64,000 nucleotides of DNA. Origin: an uncultured delta proteobacterium (GTDB lineage: Bacteria; Desulfobacterota; Binatia; UBA9968). Position 1 is the first letter of the stretch; the number at the start of each line of letters is the position of its first letter. The notes below the pieces were generated by a model, which did not search any database, was not told where the DNA came from, and saw only the letters and a list, made by a program, of their open reading frames with translations. The stretch lies in NCBI GenBank assembly GCA_963745835.1, contig CAVUZH010000003.1, positions 768,001 through 832,000 of the forward strand, written 5' to 3'. A program made the position numbers and the translations under genes. This document shows, piece after piece, positions 39,032 to 50,350 of this stretch.

Positions 39032-39125
39032 TGAGCCTAGAATGAAAATCGGTATCATGCTGATGGCATTTGGTGAAAAGCAATCATGTTTTCAACCGCT
39101 CGATCGAACTGTTTAAATCCTATTT

Positions 39126-39707
39126 ATGCCTTCTCCAGTAGCTCATATCTTGGCCGGGGGCGTCCTTTATCTCGCCGGTACATCCGGGAAGCAGGCCTCA
39201 CGGCTCATTCTTGGCGCGACGATTTTGGGCAGTATCGCTCCGGATCTCGATTTTCTTCCAGGGTTTTTAATCGGCAACCCTTCCGCGTTTCATCACGGCA
39301 TCAGCCATAGCTCGGGCTTTGCATTTTTGTTCGGGATACTCGTCTTCCTGGTCCTGCGATATTTTCAGTATAGTGACATCGCGGCACGTGCCGCGCTCAT
39401 GGCGACTCTCGCCTATGGATTCCACGCCATTCTCGACGCAGTGAGTGTAGGTGAGGGAGCCAAGTCGGTGCCGCTGCTGTGGCCGTTCTCACCGCATGAC
39501 TTTGGGATCAATATCGACCTGTTCGGCCATTTTCATCATGACGGATTCGCGGATGGAATATGGAGCGTTGTCGCTTGGGAAAATCTGCCTGCGCTCGCTC
39601 GCGAGCTGACTGTCATGGGCGCACCTCTACTCTTGCTGCTGCTGTGGCGAGTTCGGGGAGATCGTTCTAAGTCAGTCCGCGCAATGGAGCAAGGAGAGAA
39701 ATCATGA
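39126..39707 (+). CDS. Membrane metal-dependent hydrolase (YdjM-like)
   Basis: PSPVAH, APDLD, HHGISHS, HAILD, LLWP. Confidence 0.85.
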   Translation: MPSPVAHILAGGVLYLAGTSGKQASRLILGATILGSIAPDLDFLPGFLIGNPSAFHHGISHSSGFAFLFGILVFLVLRYFQYSDIAARAALMATLAYGFHAILDAVSVGEGAKSVPLLWPFSPHDFGINIDLFGHFHHDGFADGIWSVVAWENLPALARELTVMGAPLLLLLLWRVRGDRSKSVRAMEQGEKS

Positions 39708-40786
39708 CCATCACCGTACTACCCCACGAGCCGGTACAAAAAACAATGCGCTTAGTTTCCATCGTTGTTCCGATATTCAATGAGGTCGAGAACGTCCCCT
39801 TTCTCTATCTCGGTATATGCTCTGCGATGGATCGAAGCGGATACTCATGGGAAATCGTCTTTGTCGATGACGGCAGCACCGACGGGACCACGGCGATATT
39901 AAGAAACCTTCATGCACAACACTCGGGGGTCCGTGTGGTCGAGTTGCGGCGCAACTTCGGCCAAACAGCCGCTATGGCCGCGGGATTCGATCACGCGCGT
40001 GGGGAAGTTATCATCGCCATGGACGGCGATCTTCAAAACGACCCAAAGGATATCCCGCGTTTGATCGAGAAACTCGATGAAGGATACGACGTGGTTAGCG
40101 GATGGCGCGCCAATCGTCAGGATGGTTTCTGGCTGCGCCGGCTTCCTTCCAGGATGGCGAACTGGCTGATCAGCAGAACAACCGGTACCTATCTTCATGA
40201 TTACGGCTGCACTTTAAAAGCTTACCGCCGAGAAATAATTCAGCACCTCAAATTGTACGGCGAAATGCATCGCTTCATTCCCGCTCTCTTGGGAGGCGAA
40301 GGTGCCCGCATCGCAGAGCTGCCGGTTAACCACCATGCGCGGCGCTATGGGCGATCGAAATACGGTATTTCACGCACCATTCGGGTGTTTTTGGATCTGC
40401 TGTTAGTGAAGTTTTCGCTGTCGTTCCTCACCAAACCACTGCAAATGTTCGGCAAACTCGGATTGCTGACTTTCCTTCCCGGCACAGCCATTTGCGGCTA
40501 CCTCGTTTTTGCGCGCATCTTTTTCGGCCAACAACTGGCGGACCGGCCGCTTTTCCTATTGGGAATATTGCTGACCGTGGTAGGGACGCAATTCGTCAGC
40601 ATGGGAATTTTGGCGGAAATTCAAATCCGCACCTATCACGAGTCAGCGAATAAGCCAACTTACCTCGTTCGGGAGATTCTCGATTCTCCTTTAGTGGAAT
40701 CGGGATTAGCTAGGATGTCCGAGAGAAAAACACCTAAGACGCGTGAGGTCGAAATCGATCAACTTTCATCGAAGCTGTTGGCATGA
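39704..40786 (+). CDS. GT2 polyprenyl-phosphate glycosyltransferase (ArnC/GtrB-like)
   Basis: FVDDGSTD, RNFGQTAA, MDGDLQNDP, DYGCTLKAY, GEMHRFIP, two C-terminal TM helices. Confidence 0.92.
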   Translation: MTITVLPHEPVQKTMRLVSIVVPIFNEVENVPFLYLGICSAMDRSGYSWEIVFVDDGSTDGTTAILRNLHAQHSGVRVVELRRNFGQTAAMAAGFDHARGEVIIAMDGDLQNDPKDIPRLIEKLDEGYDVVSGWRANRQDGFWLRRLPSRMANWLISRTTGTYLHDYGCTLKAYRREIIQHLKLYGEMHRFIPALLGGEGARIAELPVNHHARRYGRSKYGISRTIRVFLDLLLVKFSLSFLTKPLQMFGKLGLLTFLPGTAICGYLVFARIFFGQQLADRPLFLLGILLTVVGTQFVSMGILAEIQIRTYHESANKPTYLVREILDSPLVESGLARMSERKTPKTREVEIDQLSSKLLA

Positions 40787-40933
40787 CAGATTTTTAGTCG
40801 AGCCTCACCATTTCATGTCAATTGACGCTCCTCCAACAAGCATAAAGCAAATGTCTAGAACGTTAATCGCGGCTGCTTGGATACCGTTCAATCGGCTGCA
40901 TGGCCGTATCGTGAGTCGAACCCATGTCAATGA

Positions 40934-42846
40934 ATGGATCTGAAGGCGTTGGTCACGGCATTTCTGCGGCTGGAGGATTTGCTGCTAACTCCACCGCTGC
41001 CTGCGCTAGTTGCGCTGCTGATAGTGCTTGGCACTTTGCATCTGAGCCGACGTGCAGCACGCCGGCTCAGGCTTGGGGCTTCGAGCCCACTTGAGTTTGG
41101 AGCAATTTTCGTGTTGACAACCGGGCTGCTCGCTGGCCTTGTGCACGCGCTCGCCTGGGGCGGTTATGCATCCGTGACAGCGCTGCGGCTTGGAGGATGG
41201 GCACTAGCGGCGATGGGCATTTTAGAAGTGAGTTCGTGGAGGTTCGCCGAGGCGACGCGCGTTCTACGCGATTATTTTAGAGAGGGTTCGCTAACCGAGC
41301 GCTGCGCGCTCATCCTTGCCATCATCACGGTGATCGGACTCTTTGCCGCGGCGCTGGGGCCGGCCGTTGACGCGGATTCTCTCAATTATCATTTGGGCGT
41401 CCCGCTCGACTGGCTGCGGCATGGCGGAGCGTATCCGAGGCCCGACTGGTTCCACGCGAGGTTTGTCGGACTGGGGGAGTCCCTGAACATGCTTGGTTTG
41501 GCCGCGGGAACCGATGGACTTGGCGCCGCGTTCCAGGCTGCGGGTCTTGTTGTCGCACTTCTAGCCGTAACGGCCTTTGCCAAGACTCGATCCGATAAGC
41601 TTTTTGCCGTCCTGCTCGTGGTTACGTGTCCGGTCATCTTTCTCCTGATTACCGGTCAGAAGCCACAGTTATTGCCTTCGGCGGGATTAGTTATTGCCCT
41701 GGTTATTGTCGTGCAGCGCTTCAAGACCTTCGATCCATTAGCCGCGGTCTTCGCCTTCGGCTGTGTCGCTTTCGCTATGGCAAGCAAGCACTCGTTCCTG
41801 CTTACGGGTAGTGTCGTCGTGTCTGTCGGACTGATTGCCGCATTCCGGGCGCAGCGACTTCGTTTTGCTCTTGTGGTGTTGGCAGGCTGCTTTGCAATAT
41901 TTGCTGCGCCGGTATTTGCACGGAATTTTGTCTTTTATGGAGACCCTATCTCGCCGATGCTCGAACGGTGGAGGCCCGGAGGCGATCCGGCGGTCATCGC
42001 ATTTGCCGAACAATCTCTCCGGAGTTATCTACCAAGTGGACCCACACCGGTGACCCTGGCAACGCTCGTGCGTCTGCCGTGGGACCTCGCAGTTACCTTA
42101 CATCCCGGGGCATTTCATCACGTCCTTGGTTTAGGAGTATTTGGATTTCTGTTGGCATTGCGCGAACGAGGTTCCACACGACTACTGCTGCTCACCGCGC
42201 TGCCTGCATTTGCACTGGTGTTTGCCTTCGCGCAGCTCAACCATGGCCCTCGCTTTTTTCTCGACCCGTACCTGTGGTGCGCGGCAGCAGCTGCAGCGGT
42301 GCCGTGGCGTCCGCTTAAGTCGCTCTTCTTCAAGGCGCTCACAGCTCAAGCACTGGCAGTTGCCGTAGTAGCCATCTACCTCGGTGTAGTCTTCTTTCGC
42401 GGCGCGCTGACGGAAGCGGGGCGTGAGCGTGTCATGACACTAATGGCCCTCGGCTATGCTGAGGCAAAGTGGCTCGACGCCACCTTGCCTCCGGATGCCG
42501 TCGTGCTTACGACAGCACACAATTACGCTGTGCTGCCAAGGCCATTTGTTGTCGCAGATCGGTTTCATGCGTGCCGCCATCATCGTCTCGACGATCCGAT
42601 ACGGCGCTGTCTGACTGGAAGCAGCAACTCACTGAATTAGTGAGAGAGAAACGGGTCACCGTGCTCGTGACGGAGTACCCAATAGAGATTCCCGTCTACT
42701 CGTGGCTGGCAACCCGCTATGGTACCCCGCTCGCCGAACCAGCGCAGTTCCGCTTCGCGGCGCGAAGCCCGTTCAATCGAGGCGACTTAGTTAGCTCAAT
42801 TGCAATCCGGCTTAACGTCGACGCTCCTGGATCTCCAGCAGAGTGA
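40934..42846 (+). CDS. Multi-pass membrane protein, GT-C-like (DUF1420-like), frameshift near 42610
   Basis: DADSLNYHLGVP early loop motif, many TM helices, RNFVFYGDPISP, PRFF; C-terminus continues in ORF 42469..42846. Confidence 0.65.
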
Positions 42847-43146
42847 AATTTTTAACGACAGCCAAATGCGCGATACACCTTCTTTTTTGACCTTAAGGCA
42901 GGTGCTATCGCCGAGATCAATGATCGTTTAAAGCAAATTGGAACCCGTTACGCCTGGGACCGTGTTCTATGGAACGTAAGACGCATCTTCCATTCGACCT
43001 ATTCGATGTTCGCTGGGAAGCGCTGGCTCTGGGTTAAGGAAGATGCAAAATTCGAGCTCTGGCAGGCGTTCCCCTCTTATAGCTCCTAACTCCGAGAGAG
43101 AAAGCGCGAAATAGGTTCGTCGTCGCGATCGAAAGTAACTGGCGGT

Positions 43147-44687
43147 ATGTCTCATAAGGAATTGGTTAATCCAGACGTGCAACTGGATGACCTTGATAGT
43201 TCGGCAATGATGGACGATTTTGCCGCCAGCACCACAATTACTTTCGAGTCTTGTATAGATGCGGCGCAAATTAGGTATCAGCAAGCTCGCCGGCACCACT
43301 GGAATAAGGTTGCACGTGAACTCGAAAGCTGGACGGGTTGGGGAGGCTATTACCATCGACGCCTGATTCAAATTTACCAATCTCTCGTGGCGCCGGGACA
43401 GTCGGTTCTCGAACTCGGTTGTGGGCGGGGCGATTTGTTGGCGGCGCTAAAGCCGGCAACAGGTGTTGGAGTGGATTTTTCAGAAGAGATGATTCGCGCG
43501 GCAAGACAGAGGCACCCCCATCTCAGGTTCGTGCACGCGGACGCCCATGAGCTGCACCTAGGGAATGGGTTTGATGTAATAATACTGTCCGACTTGGTTA
43601 ACGACCTATGGGATGTCCAGACTGTTTTCCACCAAGTCAGACAACTCGCTGCACCCCGCGGCCGAATTATAATTAATGCTTATAGCCGTTTATGGGAACC
43701 TCTTTTAAAGGCGGCGCAGCGTCTGCATTTGGCCAAGCCGACTTTGTATCAAAACTGGCTTACGGTAGAGGACATAACTGGCCTGCTCAACCTTGCTGAT
43801 TGCGAGGTTATCAAACGGGGACAAGAGATTCTTTGGCCGCTTTCCACATTGCTCCTGTCCGACGTGTGCAATCGCTTTCTGGTCAAACTCTGGCCGTTCA
43901 GACATTTGGCCTTGACCAACATCGTCATAGCTAGGCCCCGGTCACAACCGAAGTATTCCGCTCAAACGGCCCTCTGTGTCAGTGATTGTTCCGGCCCGCA
44001 ATGAGGCGGGAAATATTGCCGATATATTCGCGCGCACGCCAGAAATGGGTGTAGGCACAGAACTAGTTTTTGTTGAAGGTCATTCACGAGACAACACGTA
44101 TGCTAGCGATCGAGGCAGCGATCGCTGCGCACCCAGAACGGTCTTGCCAATTGATGCGACAAGCGGGGATGGGTAAGGGTGACGCGGTCCGCTTGGGTTT
44201 TGCTCGGGCCCGCGGCGAAATGCTGATGATCCTCGATGCCGACCTGACCGTGCCGCCTGAGGATTTGCCGCGATTTTATGAAGCGCTTAGATCCGGCATG
44301 GGTGAATTTATAAATGGTGTTCGGCTGGTTTACCCAATGGAGAGAGAAGCGATGCGCTTTCTGAATCTGTTGGGCAATAAATTTTTTAGTCTGGCATTTT
44401 CTTGGCTTTTGGACCAGCCGATCAAAGACACCTTGTGCGGAACGAAGGTTTTATGGAAGCGAGACTATGAGGCCATTGCTGCCAATCGCAGTTACTTTGG
44501 TGACTTTGACCCTTTTGGCGACTTCGACCTAATTTTTGGTGCCGTAAAATTGAATTTGAAACTTACGGATTTGCCGATTCGATACCGTGAGCGCACGTAT
44601 GGCACAACGAATATTAATCGTTGGGCACACGGTTGGCTGCTGCTGAAAATGGTCACATTCGCGGCTAAGCGCCTTAAGTTTGTGTAA
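43147..44687 (+). CDS. SAM-methyltransferase-like + GT2 fusion protein, two frameshifts
   Basis: VLELGCGRG (SAM motif I), then VSVIVPARNEAGNI..FVEGHS.D, GKGDAVR.GF, ILDADL, DTLCGTK, DPFGDFDL across ORFs 43147, 43976 and 44070. Confidence 0.85.
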
Positions 44688-44921
44688 ATTCGTCGTAGCA
44701 CTGACTATGTGTGGAATAGCTGGAATTCTTTATCTAATGATGGTGGCCGCGCTACAGCTAGGATCTCTTCGTGTCGTGCGAGTGAGCCGGGCGACAACTG
44801 ACTGCTTGCCGCAATCGATGGATTCTAAATTATCTTCGGCCAGCGCAGTTCCGCTTGCTGCCCGGAGCCTTTTCAATTGGGGGATTTGATTTAGCGGTCA
44901 TGGTGATGCAGCTCAACTTAA

Positions 44922-46637
44922 GTGCTGCTGCTTCCTATCCAGAGTGATTGTTGTCCGAGGCATCCAGAAGATCGCGTTCCGCACGCGCAATGGCAGCATA
45001 TGATTACAATAATCGTGACGCTTTTCGTCGGACCGGATACCCTCGCGTTGAAAATTGACATGGATTCACAGAGTCTCGTGACGATAACTGGGAACACAGC
45101 TGCCCAATCGGCAAGCTCAGTCGCAGCGGGCGCTGAGCAGACCTGGCATCGCCATGTCGTTGCATTATTACCCATCGCCGCGCTGTATCTGGTACTTGGT
45201 TTTTATCAGATTGACGACCAGAGCCTGTGGACCGACGAGGTCATCAGTGTTGAGCGTATCGCTTCCGGCGAGCCGATTAGTACACGGATAATATCCCAGT
45301 CTCCGCTTTATTTCTTTCTACTGGATCTGTGGGGAGAAACAGTAGGAATGACGGAATTTGCTTTACGTTCGTTGTCCGCACTGCTCGGACTTGCCGCGCT
45401 TGGTCTGACATATGCCATCGGGTTACTATTATTCAATCGTAGAACAGCTCTTATCGCAACCGTTCTGTTGGCAACGTCGCCATACTTCATCTGGTACGCT
45501 CAGGAAATCCGATATGTTACGCTGCTGCTCGTTACCTCGCTTGCAATGACGTATTCGTTTTACCGGGCGCTGACCTCACACGGTTCGCGTTGGTGGTGGC
45601 TGTATAGTGTTACTTCTGCCTTGGCTCTTTTTACTTTCTTGACCAGCGTTTTTTTAGTTTTGGCGCATGGATTGTACATTCTTTCCCGCGCTGCCTATCG
45701 TCCGTGCCTCAAGAGATGGGCTGCGAGCCAACTCATTATTGTTTCTGTGTTTGCGCTGTGGTTCGCGGCTCGAACGGCACATAGGTTTGAGGCAATTGTA
45801 TCAAATCGTCCGACCGTGGTGTCTAGTGAGCAGGTTCGTTCGCGGGAAACACTGCCCATCACCGACATACTGGGCACAATCCCCTACACTTTTTTCGCTT
45901 TCAGCGTTGGGTTCTCTATCGGACCATCACTCCAGGAGCTGCACGAGGCACGCTCCATTAATGCATTGCTAAATTATGGCCATATGCTCGTACCGGTGGC
46001 AGTGCTTTTTGCATCATTATTCGTAATTGGCCTAAACCGGCTGAGCCGACACAGCGATGCGGGCAGGTTTCTTTTCCTCTGGTTGGGAGTGCCGATCATC
46101 GGCGCATTCGCGGTCGCAAGCATGACGACTTACCATGTCTATAATACCCGGTATGTAGCACTCGCGTTACCCGCCTATTTGATAATCCTGGCAATCGGGC
46201 TCGCTAGTATTCGCCGCGCACCGGTGCAGATTGCCTTGTTCGTCGGTTTACTTTTCGTCAACGGTATTTCGCTTTACAACTACTATTTCGACCATCGATA
46301 TGCCCGAGCAGATGCGCGGGCCGCCGCACAATACCTCGCATCGGCCGCTAAACCAGGCGACGTGATTTTGACTGTCGGGAACCCAATTGCTCTGCAGTAC
46401 TATTATGATGGAGGCCTGCCGATAGTTTCGTTGAACCCGAACCGAAACGAGCCGGAAGTCAGTGAGATGTTGCGGCAACTAGTGAGCCGGGATGATCGGC
46501 TGTGGCTCGTTGAAATCCGCCGCTGGGAGACTGATCCGAACGCGACCGTCAGGGCATTCCTCGACAGATCCGGTCGCCGCCGGGAGCGCAATGAGTTTCC
46601 CGGGGTCGACGTTTATTCGTATGCTGTGTCCGGTTAG
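44922..46637 (+). CDS. GT-C glycosyltransferase (GT39/ArnT-PMT family)
   Basis: QSLWTDE, PLYF, EFALRSLS, SPYFIWYAQEIRY, TRY; true start may be ATG 45060. Confidence 0.85.
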   Translation: MLLLPIQSDCCPRHPEDRVPHAQWQHMITIIVTLFVGPDTLALKIDMDSQSLVTITGNTAAQSASSVAAGAEQTWHRHVVALLPIAALYLVLGFYQIDDQSLWTDEVISVERIASGEPISTRIISQSPLYFFLLDLWGETVGMTEFALRSLSALLGLAALGLTYAIGLLLFNRRTALIATVLLATSPYFIWYAQEIRYVTLLLVTSLAMTYSFYRALTSHGSRWWWLYSVTSALALFTFLTSVFLVLAHGLYILSRAAYRPCLKRWAASQLIIVSVFALWFAARTAHRFEAIVSNRPTVVSSEQVRSRETLPITDILGTIPYTFFAFSVGFSIGPSLQELHEARSINALLNYGHMLVPVAVLFASLFVIGLNRLSRHSDAGRFLFLWLGVPIIGAFAVASMTTYHVYNTRYVALALPAYLIILAIGLASIRRAPVQIALFVGLLFVNGISLYNYYFDHRYARADARAAAQYLASAAKPGDVILTVGNPIALQYYYDGGLPIVSLNPNRNEPEVSEMLRQLVSRDDRLWLVEIRRWETDPNATVRAFLDRSGRRRERNEFPGVDVYSYAVSG

Positions 46638-46673
46638 CTAGTCCCGGCAAGTATCCCCACCTGGAAATCAATA

Positions 46674-48256
46674 ATGACGCGCCGCGGAGCTACTATCCTT
46701 GGGCTTCTGTACGGTGGGTATCTCGTCGTTGCAACCTTCTATCCGTTCGATGTCTCTCGCGGCGCATCGCAAGGGTTCAGTCAAAATTTTTTTGGGCTCT
46801 GAACGCGACAGACTTCACCCTTAATGTTTTGCTTTTCATTCCACTCGGTATTCTTTTGTACCTCGGTCTTGCGCTGAATCGTTCCAAACCTTGGACAATT
46901 TTACTAACAACCGTAGTTGCGGCGGCTATCAGCCTTCTTATCGAATTATTTCAAGTCTATTTTTCCCGGAATCCTTCCGGATATGACGTCATTTCTAATA
47001 CGCTCGGCGCGGGGTGCGGCGCCTTACTGAGCGCCTTGTTGCCGTCGCGATGTATCGGTCTGATCGCGCGTCTCTGGCACACCGCCACGCGATCGTGGGT
47101 TGCCGTCTTGGTCGCGGTGCTGCTGGGAGCAGCGCCGATGCTGCTCTCGCTCGTTCAGTTGTTCCAGCCCTTCGGCGTCTGGAATTCCCGCTTTACTTTC
47201 CAAATCGGCAACGAAGCTACACTCGACCGGCCATGGGCCGGTGAAGTGCATGTCGTGGCGCTCTACAGTCGCGCGCTATCGGCGGACGAGATTACGGACA
47301 ACTTCCTTGAAGGCTCGACCGCAAAGACCCGCTTCCCTGAAGGTTTGGTGTCCCTGTACACCTTCAGCGAAGGCAAGGACCAGTGGTGTATGACCGATCA
47401 GGAGTTGAACCGCAGCTGGACTTGTCATCGCGCCCGAAGGTCACGTCCGCTGGCATCACTCCCGCAATGGCATTGACATCATAAAGCCCGCAATCATTCG
47501 GAGTTCTAGCCAGCAACTAAGTTGGTCACGGCCGCGAAAGCATCTAACGAGCTGTCGATCGAGGTTTGGATGACGCCTAGTAACACCGCGCAAACAGGCC
47601 CTGCGCGCATCGTTTCGTTTTCTGCGGACGCGGGGGCGCGGAATTTCACGCTTGGCCAGGAGGGTTCGAAGATCGAATTTCGCCTCCGCACACCGATCAC
47701 TGGCCGTAATGGAATACCGCTCGCGGTCAAGAGCTCAGACGAGATATCGACGCTTGAGAAGTCTCACGTGGTCGCCACTTATAAAAAAGGCGTTGAAAGA
47801 CTGTATGTCAATGGAAAGCAACAGGCGGAGGTTCTCAATTTGACGCGAGACGGGATTATCGCATTTGGAACGAGAAGGACGCCGGTAACTGCAGCGGCTT
47901 ATTCGTTTTTCTATTTCTTCCCCGTAAGTTTCTTGTCCGTAACTTTTTTATTGGCACACGCTAAGATATTGATGGCGGTGTTATCATCTGTCGTGATTGG
48001 CGCAGGATTGGCAGTGCTTACCGAAACGTTTCCAGACCTTGGCCTTTTCGAGGAACACCGATATCTGGCTTTTATTCTTTGGTCTTGTTATGCCCGCCAT
48101 GGGAGCGGTAAGCGGCCGGATCTCAGCTACAGGCGAGCGTCTGTAGTCTTTGGTTTGGGACGACTGCGCATGAATAGAATGCTACAAGACGAGTCTTCCA
48201 AGCTTCGCGCATCAGTTTTTCTCACGGCGCTTCTTGTGTGGGAGCGTTTATATTGA
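46674..48256 (+). CDS. VanZ-like membrane protein with LamG/ConA-like domain, several frameshifts
   Basis: TFYPF, DFTLNVLLFIPLG, IELFQ...R..S..DVISNTLG (VanZ); GNEATLDRPW.G, LYTFSEG, SIEVW, GPARIVS, NFTLGQ, LYVNG (LamG-like). 3' boundary uncertain. Confidence 0.72.
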
Positions 48257-48351
48257 CGCTTTAGGACGATTACTATTTTCCGGACTCCTTGGAATATTCC
48301 CCGGCCGCTGTTCGGTTGAGGGCGAATCAATCTGGAGCTGTTGAGCTTGAT

Positions 48352-49581
48352 ATGAAATACTTGGTTGGTGTCATGCTGCGTGATTGGCGCTGGATGCTGC
48401 TGGGGATTTTTGTCACAGCTTTTCTTCTCCGTGTAACGTTTACTTTAACTCTCCAGGAGGGTTTTTATTTTCCTGACTCGATCGATTACTCCAACGCCGC
48501 CGTCAACATCCTACAGCATGGTGAGTTCGGTGAAAACTATAATCGGCCACCCGGGTACCCGATATTTCTTGCCGCGATTTATTCTCTATTCGGTGAGAAC
48601 ATTGTCGGGATACGATTGGTTGAGAGCTTTATTAGTGCTTTGCTTGCCGTCATTATCGCACTGATAGGAAAGCGAATCGGAGGAGACGTAGCTGGAGCGT
48701 TAGCGGGTCTTCTGTGGAGCATCTATCCCCTCGGTATATTTATCGCCGGCCTCGTTTACCCGACTAATCTTCTTGCGATGCTTTTGGCCTGTGGCGTACT
48801 GTGTTTGTTGCCTTCATCACAAAAAGAGCTTTCGACTCAACGCGTTTTTCTTGCTGGCTTATTCTGGGGAGTGGCGACGCTGACAATACCCATCGTATTG
48901 GCGACCCTTTCGGCAACTGCCGTGTGGCTTATACTAATGGTTCGGGCGAAACGGCTTGTGCTCGTCTTTGTTCTTTTAGTTGGAGCAGCGCTAACAATTG
49001 TCCCATGGACCATTCGCGATTTTTACGTCTATGACCAAATAGTGCCAGTAGAACCTCGAGTAATCGAGCATCTTCCCCGTATTCGTACTGGTGCAGAAAA
49101 TGTCCCAGGTGGAATGATTCTAAAGCATCCCAGCCTGTTCGTTAGTCATTTTGTCGGTGAATTCTTTCATTTCTGGAAACTGTACCCTGACCGAATTACC
49201 ATGGACAAACCAGGATTCAGAGAACAGCAGCACGAAAAAGATGGCCGGGTGGTAAAAAACACGGTCTTCAGTGCGGGTAATTTAATAAAAGCGGTAAGCA
49301 TTTTGACTACCGGCCCGATCTTTGTTTTCGCCATCATCGGCACTGTTGCGATTTGGTTTCAGCGCCAGCGTCGGCGTGATCTCTTGTTGTTGTGGGCGGT
49401 GATTTTGTCCTTTGCAGTTGGCTACTCAGCCTTTTACACGAAGACACGTCACCGCATTCCGATCGAACCGTACCTGGTTATTCTAAGCGCTTATGGGCTA
49501 AAAAGGTGCTGGGATCTGCTGGCGTGTCGTGTTTGTCACGACATTCGGGGCAGGCCGCAAGCAGAGTTTAGAAATAAGTGA
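48352..49581 (+). CDS. GT-C glycosyltransferase (ArnT/PMT-like)
   Basis: DSIDY..AA, RPPGYP.FLA, IYP, PWTIR, RHRIPIEP; multi-TM. Confidence 0.82.
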   Translation: MKYLVGVMLRDWRWMLLGIFVTAFLLRVTFTLTLQEGFYFPDSIDYSNAAVNILQHGEFGENYNRPPGYPIFLAAIYSLFGENIVGIRLVESFISALLAVIIALIGKRIGGDVAGALAGLLWSIYPLGIFIAGLVYPTNLLAMLLACGVLCLLPSSQKELSTQRVFLAGLFWGVATLTIPIVLATLSATAVWLILMVRAKRLVLVFVLLVGAALTIVPWTIRDFYVYDQIVPVEPRVIEHLPRIRTGAENVPGGMILKHPSLFVSHFVGEFFHFWKLYPDRITMDKPGFREQQHEKDGRVVKNTVFSAGNLIKAVSILTTGPIFVFAIIGTVAIWFQRQRRRDLLLLWAVILSFAVGYSAFYTKTRHRIPIEPYLVILSAYGLKRCWDLLACRVCHDIRGRPQAEFRNK

Positions 49582-49603
49582 GATAGAATAAAGGGGAAGG
49601 ACA

Positions 49604-50350
49604 GTGGCAAAAGCGGCGTTAATAACTGGCATCACAGGACAGGACGCTTATCAGCTGAATGTTATCTCGCGATCACTGTTTGTATATACAGAGTCTATGG
49701 GCTGATCGCAAGTCGATATCCTTTAGAAACCCGAATGACCTCATATATCTAGCAAGATCCAATCTTACGTGTTCATTATCTGCCGGCTGAGGACCTTTCT
49801 CTACTCGGTACAGGGATATTCATGTCGCAACGTTATGGGCCTTGATGGCCGATCGAGCTCGAAAATTTCAATGTGTTGCTGTACGACAGGAGCTCGAAAC
49901 GACCAATATATCTATCAAGATCCACACGGGGACACCAAAATTAAACCACGCCTCAAGACTTGTCTACGGCGATCTTAACGAGCTAGTAAATAAAATCTTC
50001 AAGCGACACGTACAGCCGTACAGTCAGAAGAGGATCTTACACAACTCATCTGTGATCGAGTTATAGTGAAGTTGTGAGCAACGTCCCATTGGAATTATCC
50101 GACTTCAAAGATTATCGGCTTGGTACATTAAAGGCTTACTGGAGGCCGAAATTACGTCGATAGGGCGCTAGACACAATTGTTCCTTTCGACATGCTGGAA
50201 GGGGCCTATCATCGTTTTTCTCATGGTTGGGCGAAGATATATCAGCCTAGGTTCTATCATCCAGGCAGCTCATCAAGCGAGCGTATATAGGGTACCTCAT
50301 GCTTTCAGGAGGACTGCCACAAACTGAAACCGATTTCTCCCTTTAAGCTG
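49604..50350 (+). pseudogene. gmd: Scrambled 5' and middle fragments of GDP-mannose 4,6-dehydratase
   Basis: GTG after GGAAGG gives AKAALITGITGQD; later broken pieces RLVYGDLN, GLGTL, PRFY, PQTET, interleaved with unrelated sequence. Confidence 0.65.
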
